Assembly: GCF_001194135.2 (NCBI RefSeq)
Contig: NC_068982.1
Coordinates: 128,012,837 to 128,076,836, forward strand
Length of the DNA: 64,000 nt
Reading direction: 5' to 3'
Source: Octopus bimaculoides
Taxonomy: Eukaryota
Position numbers and translations under genes: made by a program. Positions 54,001 to 64,000 of the stretch are shown here, in pieces (position 1 is the first letter of the stretch; the number at the start of each line of letters is the position of its first letter). The notes below the pieces were generated by a model, which was given only the letters and a program-made list of their open reading frames with translations, was not told the DNA's origin and did no database searches.

Positions 54001-54724
54001 ATATATTAATTTTTATTTGAAACCACTTTTGTCCTCCCAGTAAGGCAACCTGTGATACAGGTTCCAGAGTCCATGCCTTACTTGTATACTTTACTTTTGG
54101 CATGGGCATTTAGTAGTTGGGTCTTCTTCATGACAGATGGTAGAGGGTATGCGTTATTTAATTATCTGTAACACCCCTTCATAATAATGATATGATTGCT
54201 TAGTGTGACTGTAATACAGTAATTTTTATAGTCATCAAAGTTTGTTTCCAAGATTTGTTACTCATTTAGGGGCACTTAGTTGGAATTGAAGCTGTCTTCA
54301 TAATTATAGAGGATTGTGATAGTTGCCAAGCTATTTATTCTACAAGAGCTATCTCTACAGGAAGCTCTCTACATTATGGTGCTAATGGAAGATTCCATTA
54401 ATGAGGTTGGGTTTATTTTAGTTGCCTATGATAATGTCAGGAGTACTGGCTGTCAAGCCATGGTGATGTAGGCAGGTGTTCCAACTGGCAACTGTAGGGA
54501 AATTTTTATACTATCTCTCACTCATAACAGAAATCACAGGAATTATAGGAATAACAAAAATTATAGGAATACATAGAACCATCTTATTATCAGTTTCTCG
54601 TTTATCCATAGTAAATATATGATTTTGTAAACCTAAGAACATAGAAATACATAAATGGATGCTAATAATAATAATGACCAAACATAGTAATAATAGAAGC
54701 TTACGAAAGAAAATGGGTAAAGAT

Positions 54725-54858
54725 ATCAGTATCTAATAATTGCTTCAAATTTTGGCACAAGGCCAGCAATTTCAGAGGGAGGGAGTAGTCAATTGCATTG
54801 ACCTAGTGCTTGGCTGGTACTTATTTTATTGACCGCCCCCCCCCCAAGCATTAGTATC

Positions 54859-54901
<43 letters not shown>

Positions 54902-55640
54902 TTCAAATTTTGTCACAAGGGCAGCAATTTTGGGGGAGTGGATGAGTCGATTACATCGACCCCAATGTTCAACTGATAATAATTTTATTGACCCCGAAAA
55001 GATGGAAGGCAAAATTGACCTCAACAGAATTTGAAGATAGAACTTAAAGATGGATGAAATACAACTGAGCACTTTGTCCAGTATGCTAATGATTCTGCCA
55101 GCTCACCATCTTGGGCCTCACGGAGGCAATGACTAAGACCTTTGGCACTATGTCATGCTTGTAAAGAAGACCCATCAAGCTGAGCAAAATCACAGTTGTG
55201 GCAGATACTGGTGTCACACAAATGGCACCCGTGCCAGTGGCATGTAATAGCACCCATTACACTCTCTGAGTGGTTGGTATTAGGAAGGGTATCCAGCTGT
55301 AGAAAACCATGCCAAATCGGACTGGAGTTTGGTGTAGCCTTCCAGCTTACCAGCCCTGGTCAAACCGTCCAGCCCATGCCAGCATGAACAATGGACGTTA
55401 AATGATGGTGATGATAATGATGAATAATAGTAATGGTTTCAGATTTGGGGACAAGGCCAGCAAATTTTTAGTAAGTTAATTTCATTAACCCCCAACCCAC
55501 CCAATGCTCAACTGATACCTATTTTATTGACCCCGAATAGATGAAAGGCAAAGTTAACCTTTTTTGGAATCTGCACTCAGAAGGCAAAGAGCCAGACAAA
55601 AATGCACCATTTTGTCTGATGTGCTTACAGTTCTGCCATT
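54725..55640. mobile_element. Cluster of three minus-strand SINE-B copies plus a plus-strand RTE 3' end (55115-55425)
   Basis: (AAT)n tracts and SINE-B motifs; ggcctcacggaggcaatgac RTE ORF end. Confidence 0.75.
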
Positions 55641-56334
55641 CAAAGACATATTAAAGATAATGATATGAAGAAAAGTAACCTCATGTTATAATGACAGGAT
55701 TTGAGCTCTTTTAGTTGTTTTCTTAACTCTTTATTCTTCATAGGATTTACAGCCTCATAGACATACTGTTCTAAAACCAATGTTTGTGTGTTAAACATTT
55801 GTTAGCTATAATTGAATAATTATTAATCTAATCTTTGATATTAATAATTTTGAGGACTAGGTCATTCATCTGATGAAGTCTGTTTAATGAAATGTTTGAT
55901 AGTATATGCAGATTTATAAACTAATTTCAACTCTGGCTCACATAATATAACATTTAAAAAGTTAACATCATTAACTCTATAAGTGTAAATTTTCTAATTT
56001 CAAAGTAAATATCTTTGCTGTAACTATTTAATTAATATATGGTGGAAGAAATTAAAGTTCTTAATTGCCATCTTCAAATCTTTTCATTTCGCCAGGGAAG
56101 ACTTCAAAGTTTGCTTATATTTTTGAATAATAATGAGCATGGATTGAAAATTAAAAATAAAAATATACATTTTTATTTATATAAATCAAATAAATATTAA
56201 ATGTAACTACTTAAGGTTATAAGATTGATGATACATTCTAAGCCTTCTCTCTTTCTTCCATCATTTGTAAATTATAGATTACATCTTTACAAAGGGAAAT
56301 CTGTTAAAGAATACAAATATCGTAGGTGCGTAGG

Positions 56335-57150
56335 TGCATGCATGGCTGTGTGGTAAGAAGTTTGCTTCCCAACTTCATGGTTCTAGGTTCAAGCCCACTA
56401 CATGGACATCTACTTTAGCCTCAGGCCTACCAAAGCCTTGTGAGTGAATTTGGTTGATGGAAACTGAAAGAACCCCATCATGTGTGTGTCAGTGTTTATT
56501 TGTCCTCTGCCACTTTTTGACAGCTGGTGTTGGTGTGTTTACATCCCCCATAACGTGATTTGTCAAAAGAGATGAATAAAATAAGTCCCAGACTTTTAAA
56601 AAAAAGCACTGGAGTTGATTTGTTCAACTAAACCCTCCAGGGCAGTGCTGTAGCATGGCCCCAGTCTAATGAATGAAACATAGAAAAGATAATTTAAAAA
56701 GATACAAGATATGTGCAAATAAAATGCATATACACTCTTGTTTTAAAGATAAAATACTATGTGCAGGTGTTGCAGTGAGGTATGCAGTTTGCTTCCCAGA
56801 CACATTGTTCCAGGTTCAGTCCTGCTCTGTGACACCTTGGAGAAGGGTGTTGAACTATAGCCTTGGGCCGATCAAAGCCTTGTGAGTGGAATTGGTGGTA
56901 GACAGAAACGTCTGTGTGTGGGAAGGGAGAAGGGAGAGGGAGTAGTGTCTGTGTTTGTCCCTCCTCACCACTTGATAACTGGTGTTGGTTTGTTTATGTC
57001 TTTGTAACTTGGCAATGTGACAAAAGAAACTGTAAGAATAAGTACCAGGCCAGTAAAAAAAATAGTATTGGGCTTAATTTGTTTAACTTAAATTCATCAA
57101 GCCGGTGCTCCAGCTTGACTGCAGTCTAATGACTGAAACAAATAAAAAGT
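56335..57150 (+). mobile_element. Two tandem degenerate SINE-A copies
   Basis: Heads at about 56335 and 56760; caaagccttgtgagtg bodies. Confidence 0.7.
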
Positions 57151-58094
57151 AGAAGACAAATTACTGCAACTCTCTCTAGATAAGAAAATCATTTCTTCTT
57201 CTTATTGGAGATTTCGCAAATATGNNNNNNNNNNNNNNNNNNNNNNNNNNNNNNNNNNNNNNNNNNNNNNNNNNNNNNNNNNNNNNNNNNNNNNNNNNNN
57301 NNNNNNNNNNNNNNNNNNNNNNNNNNNNNNNNNNNNNNNNNNNNNNNNNNNNNNNNNNNNNNNNNNNNNNNNNNNNNNNNNNNNNGGGGAATGAGCCAAG
57401 ACATTTCAGTAAGATACAAATTGATTGATTGATTGATCTTTACTTCCCGGGTATGGGTGTCTTTTGCGGAAATGGTTTGTGTCTTATGAACAGTGTCAAC
57501 TGATTTCATCTGTACATTTCAATCTCAGCACAGACTTAACATCTTTGTAAAATAAACATCTCGATATAAATTGTCGAATAAGAACAGTGAAAATTTAATG
57601 TTAGACATTTTCTCTGCAGCTAATAACTGGAGTTCATTGATGGCTCTATTTTCAGGACTAAATAATTAATTACTTTATAATACTGATAACTCTTGACTCA
57701 GTTCTCAAAGACACTCTTTGAGATATTTGTTAAAATGAAAAAAACTATTGATTTAATATCTACTTTTTACTATTAATGTAAAGTATGTTCGATTTTTTTT
57801 TTTCTTTACATTTTCAGTTGTAATGAAGTTGCATCTTAGCTCATTATATATTACATAATTTGTCTGTATCATGTTATGTGGAACATAATCTTAACATGAT
57901 TTTTAGCTGATTGTAGATTTTAGCCATGATTTAAGCTGACTATAGATTTAATATTTTCATTTAACTATTAATGCAGTTTATCACATAAACTTGTTGATAC
58001 AGTTTTATGTAGCAAGTCCTGCTCTTTGCTTCTAACTGAAATTTTAGCTTTTGTATTTGCATGTGTGAATGTATTTTCATATATGTGTATGTAG

Positions 58095-58490
58095 GTATAG
58101 GTGTGGCTGTGTGGTTAAGTTTACTTCCTAATCATATGGTTGCACGTTGGACAAGTGTCTTCTTCTATAACGTCAGGCCAATCCAAATCTTTTGAGTGGG
58201 TTTTGTAGATGAAAACTGAAAGAAGCCTGTCATGTGTGGTGTGTGTGTGTGTGTGTTTGTTTTGACATTGCGTGATAGCTCTAAGTGTCACTGCTATGTG
58301 AACAGTGTCATTCATTTCTAATATTCTGCAACAACATGTTTGGCCATGTGGAAAAAATATCTTGCTTGGAAACAAGTGAGGTTTGGTGACAGGAACGGTA
58401 TCTAGCTCTAGAAATTCTGCTTCAAGAAACTGCATCCAATCATGCAATCATAGAGAAATGAATGTTAAGAGGAGGAGGATGATGATGTAT
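58095..58490 (+). mobile_element. SINE-A2, degenerate
   Basis: A head, (TG)n, alternative tail ending gatgatg. Confidence 0.6.
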
Positions 58491-58519
58491 GAATTTATAT
58501 ACAGGATTCGATGAATAAA

Positions 58520-58690
58520 CTCGAGGTTGATCTTCCTGTGAATAATTGTCAGATGCAAAGCACTGATACCAATTACCACAAGTACTTTTCGAGACGGTGC
58601 AAGGGCCAAACGCTTTGCAGATTAGTTCAGCTGTGCCATGCACGGATGTGCCATGTTTGAAGTGATACAGTATGATGCCAGGCAGAGCCA
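58520..58690 (-). mobile_element. Mariner transposase N-terminal HTH fragment
   Basis: IILYHFKHGTSVHGTAELICKAFGPCTVSKSTCGNWYQCFASDNYSQEDQPR in ORF 58440-58784. Confidence 0.75.
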
Positions 58691-58919
58691 GCTTTGGAAG
58701 TGCAATATTTTGAGCCATTTTGCACAAAAAGTGATGTATTTCGCAAATACATCTGACACAGAATGCTAAAAAGCTAATGAGCAAATAGAGTGATTGTCAA
58801 TCTTTATATAGTCACAATAGACATGCTGGCTGCTCCTGATTGGTTGGCAACACTGATTGGTTGCGGGATTGAAGGTAGTTTGGTTGTCCAAGAATTTTCT
58901 TTCCGATGTAATACAAAAG

Positions 58920-58980
58920 CCTCAGGCTGACCAAAGCCTTGTGAGTGGATTTGGTAGATAAAAACTGGAAGCCCATCGTG

Positions 58981-59019
<39 letters not shown>

Positions 59020-59245
59020 ATAGATGTATATGCGTGTTTGTGTGGCTGTATTTGTCCCCCCCACCATCGCTTGACAACCGATGCTGGTGTGTTTATATCC
59101 CCAGAACTTAGCGGTTTGGGAAAAGAGACCAATAGAATAAGTACTAGGCTTACAAAGAATAAGTCCCAGGGTCGATTTGTTCGACTAAAGGCAGTGCTCC
59201 AGCATGGCCACAGTCAAATGACTGAAACAAGTAAAAGAATAAAGA
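58920..59245 (+). mobile_element. SINE-A, 5' truncated
   Basis: accaaagccttgtgagtggatttggtag to gactgaaacaagtaaaag. Confidence 0.85.
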
Positions 59246-59334
59246 TTATATANNNNNNNNNNNNNNNNNNNNNNNNNNNNNNNNNNNNNNNNNNNNNNNN
59301 NNNNNNNNNNNNNNNNNNNNNNNNNNNNNTATAT

Positions 59335-60540
59335 AAATGGAACAAAAAACACAATAGAGGACAATAAAGCATCCGACAGACAGACGATACAAAGGCAGAC
59401 GGGGAAAAAAGAACGGTCATTTGTGGCTTTCTTTCGTCAGTCAAGTCATCAGATATCCTTACAGTTTCAGGCAGTTACACTTGAGACTGTTCAATCTGGT
59501 TGCCCACCAAAAAGTCTAAGCTAAGAGCATATTTATATGCTATGGAATTGTAATAGTGTTGGAGGAATTGCAATAGTGGATGAATAAAATCTACCCAGTT
59601 GGTGGAGGTGTTTCTCCAGATGTTGTGTCTGTCATTCTTTACTTGAATTACTTGTGTGCAGCTGCAGGTCAGCCACTTACAAACTATGGTGTTGTGAGCT
59701 CTGGGTGTCTGAGGCAAGTGAAGGGATATGACTAAGAGAGTAGCCTTGGCCACCAGATTAGCTGATGTCAATGTATCTGTAATGAAGTATATTTGTTGTC
59801 AAGGATCATCAGAATAATAATGGAAGAGTCACAGGTTTTAAAGATAGGGGATTCATCACTATGTGTGAATGGATGGTGGGAAGCATTGATTAGGTAGAAG
59901 TCAGATAACCTGGTAGGGGAAGAGATAGTAAGTGTTTGGAAAAGGATAGGACAGGGTTGAAGGTAAGAAAGAAATGAGGTTTGTCTGGAGTGTCTTTGTG
60001 TCAATCATAGATAAGAGCAAGCAGTGATCTGTTGAAAATTTCATATGATTCAGCTTCTGCAATGCTAGCATCAATGTGGTAGGAGTGCATTAGCAAAGAG
60101 TAGTAGTAATAGTTGTAGTTCTTATTGTAGACATCATTGTTGAAGGGAGCTAGAACAAGTTTTAAAGAAGAGGGATGTGAGACAGATGTTTTCAATGAAG
60201 GATGAGAGTGATAATTAAAAAGTTGCTGCCGACCAGAGAATTAATTCAGAAGAATAAAAAAAGGGGGATTTTTAAGTGGGAGCAACTGGAAGTAATTCGT
60301 TGCCAATAATATCCAGGTGTGACAGTTAAGTGGATTACATGCAGAGGAAGTTGTAATTTTCCGAGTAAAGTTGGAATAGAGAATATAAACTGGACAACAG
60401 AAATAGTCTGAATAGTTAATGAGTAAGAGATTGGTGTCTGAGTGGAAGGCATGATGTATTGCTTGCATGTTAGGATGGTTTCCTGTGTTTCTCTCTTCTG
60501 ATTCAGAGGACTTCAAAGTGATTATGGGCATTGCCCAATC
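59335..60540 (-). mobile_element. Heavily decayed Penelope-like element (RT/GIY-YIG remnants + 3' region)
   Basis: Weak minus-strand motifs: SACNP..FQLLPLKNPPFFI, LKLVLAPFNN, EKHLHQLGRFYSS; hammerhead-like relic just downstream. Confidence 0.4.
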
Positions 60541-60644
60541 TTTTCTAATTAAACCCTGAAATAGAAAATAAATTATTTCTACCTTAAAATATCAACCCAA
60601 ATATTTCTTCTTTTTTTTTTCTTGATTACTATTATACTTTAAGT

Positions 60645-60930
60645 GATGGTGCATGGCTTGGAGTTATGGTATTGCACACTCAATCACAAGATCATTGTTT
60701 CAATTCCCAGACTAGTGGTGTTTTGTGTTCTTGAGCAAAATACTTCATTTCACATTACTCTAGCTCAGCTATAAACAGGTAACCCTGTGATGAATCAGTA
60801 TCCTGTTCAGTGGGAATGTCAACTTGCCCACCTAGCCAGTGAGGTGAAATCATTTGAAGGCCAAAACGATGTGGTGAAGTGCATTGTGACTAGCAGTGTA
60901 TAACTACATCTGATAATCTGGTTGATGTAA
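60645..60930 (+). mobile_element. tRNA-derived SINE-C type, degenerate
   Basis: gtgcatggctt head, ttcttgagcaaaatact core, ggtaaccctgtgatg domain. Confidence 0.6.
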
Positions 60931-61055
60931 TGATCATACTTCAAAATTAACAAGGATAATTGTGTCAATGTTGTTTTAATTTTTTTTACTATTTCCTTAT
61001 TCTAACTTCCTTTTGTTTTAATTGATTGCATATAAAACTTTTGGTTTTTTTTCAG

Positions 61056-61181
61056 TTACTTGTACAAAATGGATCTCCGTTATTTATAGAAAATGTAGAT
61101 CAACTGACACCTTGTGATATTGCGGAAAAAAATGGACATGGAGACATTGCTTTGTTTTTGGAATCAAAAATGGTGTTCTCT
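61056..61181 (+). CDS. ANKIB1: ANKIB1 internal coding exon, 126 nt, phase 0/0
   Basis: ttttttcag|TTA acceptor, TCT|gtaagt donor. [42 protein letters not shown] matches human [42 protein letters not shown]. Confidence 0.94.
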
Positions 61182-62438
61182 GTAAGTACCCAGTTTTGAT
61201 CCAGTATTTCATTAAGCAGATATTCACACTGATCAGAAAACAGCTTGTTTGCAGAAATTATAAACCACATCGGTGGCTGTTTAGACTCAAAGGACTGAGT
61301 ATTTCTAGCTGATGAAAAATATGTTGATATACTGATGTCCCAGAACCCCTTGCACCAATGTGCCAAGTGTGTTATGAACATGTTGTAAAAGAGGAGTTTT
61401 TCTCCTGTGACATGTACAACAATGACTAACATATTTACATTTAAATCTGCTGGAATGTATTAAGAATCAGTATGCAGATCATCATTTTAGACTTTGCTGT
61501 TCAAAATGCAAACAACAATTTCAACAAACAACTCATATTATAAAATATCGATACATCTGAGAAACAGCTTGATAGATAAAATGAAATTAGATGTTCCCTT
61601 AGATTTCAGCATTGCTTAAAATTTAGTTATTGTGTTGTCACATCACATACTTGAAAATCACATTATTTTCCTAGTCAAATGAAAGCTGTTTTATAGAAGT
61701 GGGAAATCTACAAAATAGTGACAAGGGTCATTTAAATTTAGATTGAAAGGGTTATTAAAGCAAATATCCAGGGTTATAATTTCAACCTTTACTGATAGAA
61801 ATAGGAAGACTGAAAAATAATATAAACATAAAAGTTTTCTAAAAGTTATCCTTTTACATAGGATTCCTACAAACAAAATATCAAATGTCATCCAATAATA
61901 TTTACTACAATAGAATTTCTCTAACTTTTCTATAACAATTATATTAGTAGAATTCACTGGACCATGTATTATATCTGAAGAATAGACAATTGAAAATTGC
62001 AAATCTTTATTGTAAAATTATTCTGTTTCTGTCTGTATTGAAATTGTTAGTCTTTATATTTTATAAAGAAAAACAAAAAAAAGATTATTAAATGATCAGC
62101 TATGAAGAAATATTTACTATTTAATATTTCATGTAAACGTGCATGTGTGTATGTGTTTTATTGCAGATAGAATTTTATTAGAAATTATTTTAAAATATCT
62201 CATATGCTTTATGTGTAAACAAGTGAACTTCAAAGGGAAACTGCACAACCATTCATATCAGAAATAACAAAAGCCTGGCAATAACATGAATCAACGAATA
62301 AACTTTGAATTCTAGCTTATAAGTATATTATTAAACTATTTTGCTTATCATAAAGCATGTTATGAGAAGAGAATTTTCCAAACAGTAATATCAAATGTGT
62401 ATGTATATAGATAAATAATAAATAAATATTTTGGAATC

Positions 62439-62608
62439 GAATTATAAGCCTTCACTGTATAGTGGCTCTAGAAAATAGTTTAATATTAGGGCATAAAAGC
62501 CCCTATAATGGAAAAAATGGGCATTAGTATGCGTGGGAATTGAACACACACTTTCTGTTATATGCCCTGATATTAGACTATTTTCTATATAGTGAAGGCT
62601 CATAATTC
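62439..62608. repeat. Fold-back inverted repeat (MITE-like)
   Basis: gaattataagccttcact...agggcataa vs ttatatgccct...agtgaaggctcataattc. Confidence 0.8.
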
Positions 62609-62864
62609 TATTTAGAAAATTTCACTCGCCACCATTTCCTAATTCACATAAGCAAATATATATTATTGTAATAAAAAATTCCTGCAATGGCTATTACCAC
62701 TTCTAAAGCCTGGAAACATATTTTCTTGTGGTGGAGAATGTGGGATACTGCAAGGCAATGTGATGACAGAAGATTATTTGACTGTTTTATACATTTTTAG
62801 TTACAAAATTCCACATAATCTGTAGCATCTTAAAAAAAGAAAGACACACTGGCAGAATATGGGC

Positions 62865-63350
62865 GTGGCTAAGTGGCTATGAAATGCACTTCACAACCAC
62901 AAGGTCTTGGGTTTGTTCCTACTATCTGATACCTTGAGCAAGTATCTTTACCAGAGCTTTGGCTTCACTCAAGCCATGTAAATGAAATTGATGCATGGCT
63001 GCATTATAAGAAGTTTGCTTCCCAACCACATAGTTCCAGGTTCAGTCCCACTGCATGGCACTTTGGGAAAGTATCTTCTCATATAGCCTTGAGCTAACCA
63101 AAGCCTAGGAAGTGTATTTAGGGGTCAGAAACTTAAAGAATCCCATTGTATATATGTATTTATGTGCATTTGTCTTTGTATCTGTGTTTGTCTCCTACCA
63201 CTAATTGACAACCCCAGTCAGCAAAAAGAGACCAACAGAATAAGTACAAGGCTAAGTCCTGGGGTCTATTTGTTTAACTAAACCCTTCAAGGTAGTGCCC
63301 CAGCATGGATGCAATCCAATGACTGAAACAAGTAAAAGATAAAAAATAAA
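62865..63350 (+). mobile_element. SINE-A head followed by a full SINE-A
   Basis: Heads at about 62865 and 62995; tail gactgaaacaagtaaaag. Confidence 0.75.
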
Positions 63351-63707
63351 CTATGTGGAAGCCTGTCTGATGGGTTGTATCTGTTATTCAAAAGTTTAGC
63401 TTTGTTACAGCAATATCATATTCATTCTACTCAGAATCATATTAAGTGTACACACACCTGTGGAATACTCAGCCACTTGGTACACTAATTTAATGAATAA
63501 GTTGTTCGGTTGATTCAACAAATGCATGTGCTCAATAGGGAAGAGTGAGTCCATCATATATTGCTTAACTCTCTGGTATTTACACTGGGCAGATCCAGTC
63601 TCTCATACCTACCCTGCAATATCATTCCCAAAATAAACATCATCAAAATTTCATAACATTATTTACATTTGACGTCTGTGCTCTTAACCACTACACCATA
63701 TGCTCAC

Positions 63708-63990
63708 GGGCATATGGCGTAGTGGTTAAGAGCGTAGGCTACTAACCCCAAGATTCCAAGTTCGATTCGAAGCAGTGACCTGAACAATAATAATAATAAT
63801 GATAATAATAATAATTATAATAATAATAATATCGAAAAATACATTAGGAATGAGAACCCAGGTTCGAAATTTCCCCAAGACACCTGATGAAGGCTGGAGG
63901 GTATATCAGCCAAAACATTGTGTTAACTACAAACATGATGAGGACAAATATCTGTCAAATGTAAATAATGTACATAATTCCTCATCTCTT
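63708..63990 (+). mobile_element. tRNA-headed short retroelement with (AAT)n and a hammerhead-like motif
   Basis: A-box TGGCGTAGTGG 63715-63725, B-box AGTTCGATTC 63759-63768, hammerhead-like motif 63879-63924. Confidence 0.7.
63879..63924 (+). ncRNA. Degenerate minimal type-I hammerhead ribozyme-like motif (probably inactive copy)
   Basis: GACAC-CTGATGA-A-GGCTG(loop)CAGCC-AAAA-CATT-GTGTT: helix I and II pair, core box intact, G12 is A. Confidence 0.5.
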
Positions 63991-64000
63991 CATCATCATC

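Noticed and set aside
61691-62002. 103-aa minus-strand ORF (nested gene?)
   Set aside because: AT-rich, no recognisable domain and no coherent exon chain.

Overview
AT-rich eukaryotic intronic DNA. The repeat families and (TA)n-flanked N gaps are most consistent with an octopod cephalopod short-read assembly (species inferred, not proven). The only supportable host gene is ANKIB1 (ankyrin-repeat RBR E3 ligase) on the + strand: three internal coding exons (5811-6018, 32592-32648, 61056-61181) separated by introns of 26,573 and 28,407 nt. The first coding exon and the downstream RBR exons were not found in the window. The introns hold tRNA-derived SINEs (some nested with TSDs), RTE-LINE 3' ends, CR1-like, Gypsy, mariner and Penelope-like relics, MITE-like fold-backs and microsatellites; 8 gaps total 1,832 N. 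The most unusual signal is at 63656-64000: a tRNA-headed element carrying a minimal hammerhead-ribozyme-like motif and an inverted, internally deleted copy of itself at its 5' end. Weaker hammerhead-like relics occur elsewhere, one beside a Penelope-like relic. A decayed RING1-like frame lies just 3' of the last ANKIB1 exon. Repeat boundaries are approximate, and family names SINE-A/B/C are my own labels.
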